Below are positions 50,544 through 62,751 of a DNA stretch of 64,000 nucleotides, piece after piece. The DNA comes from Diadema antillarum (taxonomy: Eukaryota). A program made the translations under genes and the position numbers. The stretch lies in NCBI RefSeq assembly GCF_040938485.1, contig NW_027271162.1, positions 558,001-622,000 of the forward strand, given 5' to 3'. Position 1 is the first letter of the stretch, and each line of letters begins with the position of its first letter. A model generated the notes under the pieces. It worked only from the letters and a program-made list of their open reading frames with translations. It made no database searches and had not been told where the DNA came from.

Positions 50544-51113
50544 AGGACAAGTTCACCTTCATAAACATAAGGATTGAGAGAATGTAGCAATATTAGTAGA
50601 ACACATCATTGAAAGTTTGAGGAAAATCGGACAATCCCTTCAGAAGTTATGAATTTTTGAAGTTTTTGTGCAGTAACCGCTGGATGAGAAGACTACTGCA
50701 GTGTATGAATAACTTAGATGTCACATGCGTACAACAATATAAGGAAAATATAAAGAGAATTTCACAAAATTTCATCTTTTGAAAAAAGTGCACATTCCCC
50801 TGACTCATTACCGACAAATGTTATGGGTAATATTATTCCCCCTGCCTTTAGGAAGAGGCAAGTCAAGTGCTCTTCTTTTATTATGCAAAAAAGTGAAAAT
50901 AAGTTGAATTTTCTTTATATTTTCTTTACACTGTTGTATGCATTTGACTCACGAGCTGTAGTAGTCTCCTCATCCAGCGGTTCAAACACAAAATTTTTAA
51001 AAATTCATAACTTTTGCATCGATTGTCCAATTTTCCTCAAACTTTCACTGATGTGTTCTACTAATATTGTTGCATTCTCTTAATCCTTATGTTTATGAAG
51101 GTGAACTTGTCCT
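50544..51113. mobile_element. Kolobok-like non-autonomous DNA transposon (TTAA TSD, AG..CT ends)
   Basis: TTAA|AGGACAAGTTCACCTTCATAAACATAAGGA...TCCTTATGTTTATGAAGGTGAACTTGTCCT|TTAA, with long near-perfect TIRs. Confidence 0.88.
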
Positions 51114-52852
51114 TTAAGAGAAATTGTATGTGTGATCCAGTGACCACTATTCCCTTTTATGACCTTTCAGGTCATAAAAAGGTAAAACATTGTTTGCATA
51201 TAAATTTGGTTACATTCCAGACAGCATTCTCGAGAAATACTGGCATGGGGAATATAACCTTGCTATGCCATATTTACATCGCACATTCTAGTACATGGAC
51301 TTGTAGAGCTCTACCCAACTTTTTACGATACACTATGTATGTTATTATGTGGCCATCAGAATCCATCTTGTAATGGAAGAAACCACTGCAATATCTGTGA
51401 TATCAATATTTGAAAGGGCGTGAAGGAATGGGGGGGGGGGGGGGGGGGGACAGAAATTAGATTCCAGGATTGATTCTGTGTCAGACAGAACAAATTGAAT
51501 TTTTCAATATTATTGGGGGATCTAGGGGATTCAGTGTATCACAAGGGGGACATACAATCTACAATTGTACAAACTCATAGAAGTATTGTGATATGATCCT
51601 CAATATCACTGGACTGTTAAACACACTAGTCACATAACTTCCAAACTTGAATATCCTCGTGAGAGTATTTTATGGATGAAAATGTGCAGTCACTGACTAG
51701 AGATTGTGCTTCGTTGTCAAGAAGCTCCCAATGTTTTGTACAAAGTATTCAAAGTTCATTCTGTTTTCCTGATGTAATTAATTATATAGATGAAAGATAT
51801 CTGTTACTTGAGGTCACTAGATATTGTCATCAAAGTTCTACTACCAGGCCCCCAAACCGCAAACCCAAGGAGTGCAGGTGCTAGCCACTGTGGAAGGTGG
51901 AACTAGCAGTTTTTAGTATGAATACATAATGTATCAATTCTTCAAATAGAATACTGTTCTCGTCGATTAATAATTTACAAATAGTTGTTTCAGTGGTAAG
52001 TTGTAGTATCTTTTTTGAAGCCTGCAATAAAAACTCTTATCAGTTGAGTGATGATGATATCCTCTTGTGTGAAAAACCACTGAAAGGGGTTACACAACTT
52101 GAAAAAAATGATCATACGCCACATGGCAAAGCATTGTGTTGTACATTGAAGTGCCATACTGTATCAGTATGAAATATGTATTGTTAATTGATTTGAGGAA
52201 AAAAAAAACATTACCAGATACTTATTATACAATATGCTGCTGTATGTCAATCTAGAATGTTTTTTTTTGTGTGATAGTTTCAATAGTTTTAGAGTTTCAA
52301 GCAGAGACAAGGAAAAACAGACCCAAATACCCTGAAGAAAAAGGGGAAAAAGCGTGAACTACACGGTGTGAGGATTGCAGCTTCCAGCCACAGCAGTGAA
52401 TGTAAATACTCCCGAAGCTTCTTCTTTCAAAATAAACTTATTATATTTGTATATTTCACTGTATAGTTTTAGTCAGTGGTTGTAGCATGGGTCATATCCT
52501 TTACAGTGTACTTTAAGAGTGCACATATACCGTAAATGTTGGAAACCATTTAAATTATTGAAATGTCTAATACGTATGTAGTGCATCACAGCTTGTGGTA
52601 GTTTTGCTGTAATTTCAATCATACTAAGTGTGGATAACACAGAGGCGCACCCAGATTAAAATAGCTTTCTTTATGCTGGAATTATCTTGACTTATTCATG
52701 CTGATATCCAGTGGGAGATTTGCATTCATGATGAGTGCAGTTATTCCCCCTACCTTTATTTCATAGTTTCATTTCTTATCATCACCATTATTGTGATGCT
52801 AATGGCAGTGATGCTGATAATAATAGAACACAATTATGTATAAGGTGTGCCT

Positions 52853-52938
52853 TTAACCTGTTGAAGACTAGTCCTGCGTATACTGGGGCAGGTGTCTATG
52901 GGAAATGCTGCAAAGTCAGATCGTTCTCAACGGGTTAA
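52853..52938. mobile_element. ~90-bp piggyBac-like micro-MITE (related copies at 36792-36882 and 53327-53428)
   Basis: TTAA|CCTGTTGAAGAC...GTTCTCAACGGG|TTAA, with a shared gtatact..gtgtctatg core. Confidence 0.75.
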
Positions 52939-54116
52939 AATACATCACGTGACACACCCGGTGATGTATTACAGATGATGGTGAGATATTATTCAGTTTC
53001 TCAAAGTCAACAGGGTGAGAAACCCTGCATGTACCACCTCATGTCATGGCATACAGGGTGCACCGTCCCATGGAAGAATTTGTCTTGCATCAGTTGTCTT
53101 TGCTCACCTAAGGGAATAACTCCATGGACCTGGCACAATGCATGCCACTCTTAAAGAGACTGTATCATGTTGAGACTACATTGTACAGTCAACCTATTGC
53201 AAAGATTTGCCAGGTACTGAAGATATTGGGGATTCCCCATAATGCTCCTTAAAATGCTCACACAAAATGCTCACACAACAGGCTCGGGGCAGGTTACTAT
53301 CTTCTTTTGGCCAATTTCCTTTAATAGTAAACTCGCTGAGGACAAGTCCCGAGTATACTCGGGCTGGTGTCTATGTGAAATGCGTAAAGTACAATGTAGC
53401 AAATTCAGCCCGTCCTCGACAGGTTGAAGATATTATAATCTATTTAAAGCATTCAATAGGTTTCATACAGTCATTTGCTAGATGTACATGTATGGTGCAC
53501 ATACATGTAGTATTCTCAGATGTGCAATTGTATTCTTGCAGGCCTGCACTAGTCCTGGTTTTTTAATGTATCGCAGTGGGCAGTGAGTGAAGATCGATTT
53601 AATGTAGGGCCAGAACTCGGCATTGTGAGCTCAGTAAAGCCTTTGCTTTTGCGCTGCAAAGTCTTTTTTTTTTTTTTTTTGCTTCGCTGATGAAACCCAG
53701 AAGTGCCCCCCCCCCCCCCACACTTTTGAAAATGTGGTGCCGTCCATGCAATGCTACAACCAAAGTACAATTTGGTATCTGCTGATCGATTCACTGGTAA
53801 AAGAAAGAAGAATTTAGAGAGCCGTGAGTCATTGGATGAAGAAGATAAGAGAGAAGAAGATGAAAAAGGATGGGGGTGGGTAGGGGAGGGGGAAGGGGAG
53901 AGGAGGAATATATGCAATATGACAATGATCTGTTGGGTTTTTTGCTTGTTTGTTTGTTTTTCTTGCTTTTTGGTGTTTTGGGGGTTTTTTTATGCATGAA
54001 AGTAACAGATGCCAATTTATTTTTGTTTTGTTGTTAATCGTGTTGTTTTCTGTTTCCCTTCATAAAATTAGAGTCAACCAAATGTAGAGCCGTGTAATAG
54101 TTGTAGTGTGATCGCT

Positions 54117-54181
54117 GATGTGTTTTACTAAATATTGCTCCATAATTCACTTTACAATGTCTATGAAGGTGAACTTGTCCT
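54117..54181. mobile_element. Solo terminal fragment of the Kolobok-like family
   Basis: gatgtgttttacta..tatgaaggtgaacttgtcct|ttaa. Confidence 0.7.
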
Positions 54182-57100
54182 TTAAAGAAGATACTGGTTT
54201 TAAGGAAGGAGGAAAGAACTGGCCAGGGAAGGGGGAGGGGATTCAAAGTGGCAAAGAAAGTTAATTTTTCATTCAAAAGTAAGTGGACTGACCCAGTGTA
54301 AAATTTTGTCTGAAATGCTTTGCTTTGTGAATTAATGTTTTGTTGCATCATGGTTGAAGTTCAATAATATTAGTTGTTGTTTTTTTTCATGCAGTTGCAT
54401 TTTCTGATAACTTGAAACTGAGAAGACACAAATTTAATCACAGCAGGACTTGAAATTAGGTGTTCGACGTAGGAACCTGTTGGAACCTGCCTGAGTATGG
54501 TCAGCAGGCCACAAAAAGAAAAAAAAATACAAAAATGCTTTGGCACAGAGGGGTACACTATAAACAATATTGATACACAGTGGTATTAATGGTGAGCTAT
54601 CATTTGACCTACCAGGTGGCAATAATTTTTCTCAACTATCAAAATCTAGCATAATCCAATGTGTATGATACATAGTTTGTTCAGTGTTGTTTGATGGATA
54701 GATAGCAGGCCTTGTTCAAGGAATGCTGAACTTTATATTTTCTGGGAAAGGATCTGCCTCATTTTTTTTTCCGCTTAGAAATAATAACAGCTGTAACTTC
54801 TAGTGTGAGACAAAAAGTTATGATATCCAATATGTCTCATTTTTCCTTTTTAATGGAATCAAAGCCATTAAGATGTGGGTTTTATCTCTATACTTGATGA
54901 ATGCTGTCTAGCTTGGAGTAATATGAGGAATTAGTGGCGCATTGTTACATTTGAATGTATTATGCAAAGTGTGAAATCACATGAACAAGCAAGCTGATGT
55001 GCATAGCTCTTCATTTATTTTCAGTTAATATTTTACAATTCTCGGCCCTGTTGTACACAGTCTGATAGGTAAATCCGTAAAGAGTGATATAATGCAGCAG
55101 TTGCCGTTTTCTCCTTTAAAAAAATAAAAAATCATAAATTGTAGCCCTTCATGTACACAGTATTAATGTCCAAAGTAAAAACCATAATGTATGAATTGGC
55201 GTGAAATAAACTTCTACACAACATGTATCGGAATGAAACCTTGCACAGTAACATTCAACCGTACCTGTTGAAGAAAATGTTATCATAATGTCGGTGGAAG
55301 AAACTCTAAGCATTGAATGAAAGCTATTTCAATAAAAGTGTCTCTGAATGTGTATTCATTATGCAGTAATAAATACGTTCGTGAGTGGTGCAAGCTGAAA
55401 TCTAACACAGTTCAGAGCTCTATATCCCATCTTCTAAATCCAATTTCACAGAAATTCGTAGGCTAAGCAAAAATGGGCTGCTACTTTTCAAACTCAAGCA
55501 GTTTTGCTGTAGACCACTGGAAAAACCCCTTAGGCATAACTACTCTAATTTTTCTGCTGAATGCAGTGTGTTTTTCTACATGTAAGTTTGCATAACTTTA
55601 GAAGTGAGTGTTTCAGACCTTATGAAAGAAAACAGTGGTGTAAACATGTTCACACTACTAAAAATGTCTTCCTCATACACATATCTCAGTTCACAGTTTT
55701 GGCCCTTCAGTTTATTGGTTTCTAATGGCAATTTTTTAATTGATAAAATGATTTCCAGTTATCCTCATTTTCAGTATCATTGCCATCTATTCTTCATCAT
55801 TCTGATTTTCATCAGTACCATTAATATTACTAAGGATTACTAACTATTGCTATAATATATTGTCATTACTATCAGTATCACCATTGTATAACGTGACCAT
55901 CATTAATTACTACCATTACCATTATGGTGAATATCACCATAACAATTGTTATTGTCATTATCATTATACAATAAAATGGGAATTTTTAGTGTACATCCAT
56001 AAGGTAAAAGTGGAGCCAGTCCTACATGGTTTGAATAAAAAGGTAACAGGTTCAAAAATGTTGATGACAAAGCAACTTCCAGATTGCAAACTACAAGTAA
56101 TATTACAATAAGGTTAGGGCTTTGCATCATACCCAAACCAGCTGGCTATAAAGGTCATGAGATTTGCTTCCCTTCTGAAATGTGTGCAAGAATTTTGTAC
56201 TAAAATATGCCACTTTTCCACACAACCCATTGTTCTCTTTGATTTGCTTTAACAGTTTAAAAGGATTTGACAGCAGTTACCAACAAGTTTCCAGTGTGAA
56301 CATGATAATGCAATGTGAAGGTTTCCGATACTGTAATGCCAGTGAGAACACATACTGGCAGGTCAGAACGTGGTCTTTGCAAAGTTCATGTGAGTGGCGG
56401 GTCAAGTAGCCGCGGTGTGAACACACCCACCTGCTCCCGCTGTACAAAATGCCTTTCCAGTGTGCTACACTCTTTGTGACCCCCTGGGATCCCAATTTGC
56501 GCCCATCCAATCTAGCCGAGGCCAGGAGCCCCAAATGTCACCCGATACGCTATGTTATTTATCAAGAAGCTGCCACTGACATTTCGGATTCATCTTCGTC
56601 TCCTTCTTGCATTTGTTCCACCCCCTTTGTGTGTTTTTAGAGTTTGGCCTGCCGTGGCATTGAGATGGTGTACTTTACCTGCGCCAAGTGCACACACAAG
56701 TCCCACGTCGTGCATTGAATATTGCGGGGAGCCGAGCAATCCAACCCCCGATGTAGTGACCGCAGCTCTTTACGCTCTGTTGTATCGTTTTCTTTCATTT
56801 ATGCTTCTTGTTCAAACTCCAGGCTGGAAATTGATTGGTCCTACCTTCCTTCCAGCATGAAACACGCGTGGAATTCTCCAAACATGCATTTATTGCACAC
56901 CAGTAGTACTCTATTGAGAGCCTCCTTTTTGTTTGTTTTTGTGTTTGTATGTCAAATAATGTCTACTAGTTATAATACCAAGGCAATGCAAGACAAGAAC
57001 TCAGTCTCTGTCAACTTGATTATTTATGCTGTGAACAAAGTTTGAATACCACACTCTCTCATTACAAATAAAAGCGCTTGACCATTTCAAAATGAAATAA

Positions 57101-59117
57101 GCCACTTTTAGCCCAACTTGTCTGCATGAAATGGACGATGTTAAACCAATGCTTCTCAACCAGTGGGCCGCTGAGTTCTCGCAGCTGGGCTGCGATGCAT
57201 TTCCCAAAATAAAATAATAAAGATTTGTATTTAATCTACATACGTAACTGGGCCTTAATAATGAAAAACACCTTGTAGGAGCCAAAGTGGGTTTGGGGTT
57301 AGAAAAGGTTGAGAATTGTGGATGTAAACCAAAGTATCTTTGCTCTTCTCTCTCATCATCCTCAGCTTTATCTATGTCCACTTAATTCTCTTTTTCTTGT
57401 TCCGTGTCTCCTATTTATCTGTCCCTGCCTGCTCGTCTAGTGTCCTTTCGCATGAATACTCATTTTGCTGCATATCCCTGCTCATCCCTACTCCCTCCCT
57501 CCGTCCTTCCCTCTATCCATCCTTCCCTCAATCCACCCCTTTCCTCTCTGTCTCCCTCACTTTCTCTCTCTGTGCCAGTCTCTCTCTCTCTTACATTCAT
57601 TCGTTCTTCCTTCTGTTTCCACCCAACCTTCTCTCTCTCCATCCCTGTAACTGCAATATATATGTCCCTTTTCCTAGGGACTCATTTGTTTATAAATCAT
57701 ATTCCTTTGCTGGACATGTACAGGGAGGAAAGTTGACACACACACACACACACACAAATTGTCAAGTGTGACTTGTCATATTAATGTAAAAAATTGATGC
57801 AGCTCTTGGTTGGGTGTGAGTGCCCATTTTATTTCTCTCTTGTTCTTTTTATTCTCTCTCTTTTTTAAGGCATCTCTGGTTTAGCAGAACTGCTAGGCTG
57901 CACGATGTTTATTTTCACTGTCTTATGAAGTTAAGAGTATAGTGTAATGGGTAGGATGCCTTTTTTTCTTGTCTTTTTTTTTCCAAACATAATTGAATTT
58001 ACCAGCTATCAGGTGAAGATGATGACTTGGTGATGTGTCGGGTAAACAGACGTAATGAAATTCGAAATCTAAGTCGGTTTGTTGTGGAGGCAGGCGGGCA
58101 GTGTGGGAGGGAACAACTTCTGTGAAGAACCAGTACAGTCAAGAATTCAAACATTTGTCATTTGCGGCAGTAGCAAGGTGAAGTCATCACAGGGAAAGAA
58201 TATGGTGCGTAACTATGTAATTGCTGACAGATTTGCCACATTCCGTATTCATGAGACTTGTAGAAAGAAATCTTGAGAGGAAATAAATATGCCAATTTGC
58301 TGATGCTGAAAGTGGAACTTTTACCTGCGAGATATACAAATTAAAAGAATATTCAACATTTCACAAAATAAAAAAATCACCAAAATAAAAAAAAAAATAA
58401 AAAAATGGAAATTCGCCATCTGAAAATCCTGGTCTGATATTATCTTGAAGCTCCATAATTCTTTCATTTATTTGCAAAGTTTCAAATACTCGTAAACTGT
58501 AAGCAGAACTCCTGACATTTGTAAGGGTATGGTGTCAGTGCATTGTTAAAATGGTTAAAATCCCCCTCCTGCATCTCTGCATCAATTGAAAACTTGTCGG
58601 CACTGTGCTGAGAAACCTTTGCTCTGTGCCAATAAAAACGTAAGAGGCATGTTTTAGCGTTTTGCGTGGGCACATGAGGAGCTATAACACCAAATTTGAA
58701 TGAAATTGCATCACTTTGAAAAACAAAGTACAGAGCACATGCAATTAGCGAAAAACAAAATGCGCTAACATTGAAAGGCTGTTGGCTGTTTGGTAGGTGA
58801 AAGAAATGAGAAGGGCACAACATCATAGAAATTCAGATTCTAACCTTTCCTTCTTCGGAAAAGTGCGAAGCCACTCTGAGGCCAACCAGCAAGCAAAATG
58901 CAGTACGAAAGCCAGTGATCGATGCCGCAAACTGGTGGTGGACTGGTTAGAATACGTGACAAACTTTGCGAAGTTTCAGTTGTGAGAGTTCAAATATTCC
59001 TAGTTTGAGTGGGAAGTTTCGCAGGAAGTTTGCAGTCATACTTTACTACAAAACTTTGATATCTTAAAGATCATAATCTTCAATTTCTCAATCTTTTGCT
59101 AGTCTGACTGCGGGGAT

Positions 59118-59775
59118 AGATACTATAAGTGTTCAGTGAGCTGTCATGGTTACCTGTAGGTATTGTTGAATGTACTAATCACCTACTGTAGGCTTGACTC
59201 TTTGAACAAGTCTGTAAACTAGCTAGGGATTCTCTCTGGTGGGACTTGAACTCATGACCTCCTGATTATACATATCCACTTGACTACTTAGCTTAGAACT
59301 GTCCAATAGCCAGTGATGGTACGGTACTGGATATAGATACTAGGTGCTAATGGATATCGATGCCTGTCTGGTAATCAGGAGGTTGTGGATTCAAGTCTCA
59401 CTCAAGTTTTTATGTCCACAATTTTTTTTTTCATCTCAGCTGTTAGTCAGACACTGAATAATTGGTGATGATTTACAGCAATGAAGACCAGTTTGTCAGT
59501 CATTTGCCTTTTTAAAAGCAACATCTCGAAGCAAGAGTCTTTAACTTGTATGAATATATACAGTACTTGCTGCTATAATGCATAAATTTAAAGAACCATC
59601 ACTGGCTATTGGACAGAAGCTAGGTACTCTAGTGGATGTTTAGCAGTCAAGAGGTCATATGTTTGAGTCCCACTGCTTATATATGTCCCTAATTATTTAT
59701 CATGGGTATTGCTCAGACACTGAAGAATTGGTGTTTATTTACATCAATGAAGGGCAGTTTATCAATTAGTTGCAA
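59118..59775. mobile_element. Interspersed repeat containing degenerate tRNA-like units in both orientations
   Basis: Three tRNA-like segments (59238-59300 minus, 59343-59403 plus, 59618-59675 plus). The 3' end cactgaa..aattggtg..tgaagggc..aattagttgcaata is shared with 10058-10118. Confidence 0.55.
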
Positions 59776-59870
59776 TATCATCTTAATATTTTGTTATCTT
59801 CTCCGAGGTACATGGCTCTTGGCCACGTTTGCTATGCATTGCTTGTACCTTTATAGTCCAAATACTATTA

Positions 59871-60269
59871 CAGGGTGCTACATAAGCACTTGCCCGATTG
59901 TGCGGGGCAAGTAAAAATCTAAGTCGGGCAAGTGTTTTGGAACAATAAGAAAAAATGCTTGCCCGAATTGGGCAAGCAAAATGTTTTCAAGCCACCTTTA
60001 CTTTCTAACACTTACATGAAGAAGTGCCAATGCAATCCAACACCAACACTCTTTCGAACCAAGTTTGTAACTCTGCACATGTGTGTGTTTATTCAAATGA
60101 TTGTGTTTTATCAAGCCCTTGACTTCACAAGTGATTTTCAGTTTCTTACATCTTTTGACTTTCTCTTTGGGCAAGTAAAATTCATTTTCGGGCAAGTGTT
60201 CTGCAACAATTTGAAAATCTGCATGCCCGACTGGGCAAGTGGTTAAAAAAAAAGTTATGTAGCACCCTG
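59871..60269. mobile_element. hAT-like MITE, 5-bp TSD
   Basis: Perfect 15-bp TIR CAGGGTGCTACATAA/TTATGTAGCACCCTG; TATTA on both flanks; many subterminal GGGCAAGT motifs. Confidence 0.88.
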
Positions 60270-61001
60270 TATTAAGCATCTAAGTTTGTTTAGGTCCAAA
60301 ATTACTTTCTTCACTAATAGCCTGTATTGCCAAGCTTTCATGTTGTAGTCTTCAAATGTAATGGTTATTCTTCCATTTCAACAGTTGCTATTATTTTTTT
60401 GTTGTTGTTTGTTTTTTCAAAATGTCAAGTATTATACATGTAAATGCAACCTGCCTGCAAACAAGTTTGCTTCTATGTAGACCTTATCTTTAATATTTAG
60501 TTTATCTTAATATCCTTTCTTTTGGAGTACCTGGTACTCCAATAGTTCATCACTTTGTCATTGTCTATTTTATTCATTATGTTTGTTCAGCAGAAATATT
60601 CAGTCGCACTGTGTTTGCTAGTTCAATGTGTCATCATGTGAGAAGTATGAAAATGAATGAAAAGAAAAGATATGCTGATTTTTTTTTCTCTTTTTTTTTG
60701 TGTGTAAAAGAATCATACAGTACATGTGTTCAATCACCTCTGGAAGATATGAATAGAAAGAATCTAAATGTCAATTCTTGTGCCAGTCCACTGCGCACTA
60801 TGTTGAAGTCCTATAAAGCAAGCCCACTGGCCTTTCCTGTATTCACACATTATTCGCGATCCCCTTCTCTTCGTTAGCAACGTTGACTTATAAAATGTAG
60901 TTCCCTGCAGGGAAAGGGGCTACGAGACTGGGAGCAGTGATTAGGGTTTGCTTCAAATCTGGTGCATTTTCTCCCTCTTTCCCCATTTCTTTCTCCCTTT
61001 C

Positions 61002-61041
<40 letters not shown>

Positions 61042-62487
61042 CCTTTCAAAATGGACCCTGTTGTATGTAGCACCATCCATCAGTCCCTAGCTGCTAATCT
61101 AACAAACTATACCCCTCTCTCTGCTTGCCCTCCAGTCCTGCTCGTCTTGTTTTGCGTTCGTCAGCGGATATTGGATAAGCTTCGATCCTTTCTTCCTTTT
61201 CTGTATCCCCCGAAGGTCCGTGCTTCTGTCCCCTCTTCTTCTTCTTGTGTCTTTTTTGTTTTTGTTTTTTAAGTTTTAATAGGCATGGCACACCTGGAGA
61301 GCTGCATTGTATGCTCGTACTTGGAAATTGTGGCAGCTGGCCGACTTTACGACATTTTCTCGCCTCGTGTGCATAATTGCCGGCAAAGTAGTCAGGCTAA
61401 GCGGGAGAGGGGCGACAAGAAAAGAGAGTCACACAGATTGAGACGTCCAGAATGCGGGGTATATCTCTGACCTTGTTATTTCTTTTAAACATGAGGTATA
61501 TTGTGTAATTGCTTTTATTCTGCCTCGCGATTGTTATTAAATTTGCCCCACCTCAACTGTCTACCTTTTATACAGCAATTAAATAGTTTGCTATTAACTT
61601 AAAGCAAACAATATTGTTGGAATGACAGGACTCTGATAAAAAATGATTAAACTCCTGAGACCACTCAATTTTTTTCATTGGGTCTTTTCCCTTTGTATAG
61701 CTATTGGAATAAAAAACAGCAACAACAACAAACTTCCCTAGTGCATCATTACCAAATCTTTCCCCTCCCCCCCCCCATGAAAAATAGAAATATTGCTGTA
61801 TCATTAATGTGCAAAAAACAGCAAAATGAAGGAAGGAATGCTCTTAACTTGAGCTCAAAATGTTGTTTTCGCTGGTGTCAACACTCCACTAGACAGTTAT
61901 CCAGACACGTCTACTGTAGATATGGAATTGCTGACAACTGACTCATGTGTCAACAGTGCCTTGGATGGTCCTTATGTTGATTTTGTCCAAACACGTTATT
62001 CGAGTGCGGCAGCTCATGACGTGTATTTTGTATCGCATTCTGAAAGTATGTGTGTTTGTTTCCTGTAATTTGAAGTGATGGGGTTTTGAAATTGTACATT
62101 GATATGCTATACATTACACATAATGTATGATTAGATTATGTGGGGAACACCTTGTTCATAGATATGAAAGTGATTACTTTTAGACATACGTACTTTCTGT
62201 AAGTAGTGTGAAGAAAAAAATGTGTAATTTGTCATCTGTGTTTACTTATTAAATATGATCTGTCATCCCTGAAGATGAGTTGGTTACTACATGTCCAGAA
62301 GTTTGATATTTTGTTTCCCTTTGGTTTGCAACCTTTTTGTTGACGTTGCACTAAAGTAACATACATATTCAGGGAATAATTTTCCTGGTATCGTATTGCA
62401 TGGAAAATTATTCCCTGATATTCATGAATAGAAGAACATGATCAGACCATTGAGGGGAACATTTTTTATTTGTTCATTGTATGAAAT

Positions 62488-62751
62488 GGTTTCATGACAC
62501 TTGCTTCTGCAACAATTTCTCCTATGGATCTGCATGCTATTTAAGAGTCAAACATAAATTCTACCCACAAACATTACCCTTCTAAACCCTATTTATAGTA
62601 TTAAACCCTGCTCCTAATCCTCACATGAAACTAAACCTCAAACATTATTCAAAAGAAGGTTGTTATCACAACCCTAACCCTAACCCTAACCCTAAGTCCT
62701 CAGAAAAAATAAGACTGGAGCAATTGTCACAGGAGCAAATGTCATGTCACC
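62488..62751 (+). mobile_element. TIR MITE with internal (TAACCC)n
   Basis: ~35-bp TIRs ggtttcatgacacttgcttctgcaacaatttctcc and ggagcaattgtcacaggagcaaatgtcatgtcacc; (aaccct)4 inside. Confidence 0.8.

Noticed and set aside
57340-57771. 143-aa Ser/Leu/Phe-rich ORF
   Set aside because: Translation of a CT-rich low-complexity tract.
58006-58041. Candidate 36-bp plus-strand micro-exon
   Set aside because: AG/GT ends are present, but there is no partner exon or homology; such sites occur by chance.
59343-59403. Functional tRNA-Thr gene
   Set aside because: Acceptor and D arms are broken and the T loop is mutated; it is embedded in a repeat.
62672-62695. Telomere or chromosome-fusion scar
   Set aside because: Only about four TAACCC units, lying inside a TIR element that has three other copies in the window.
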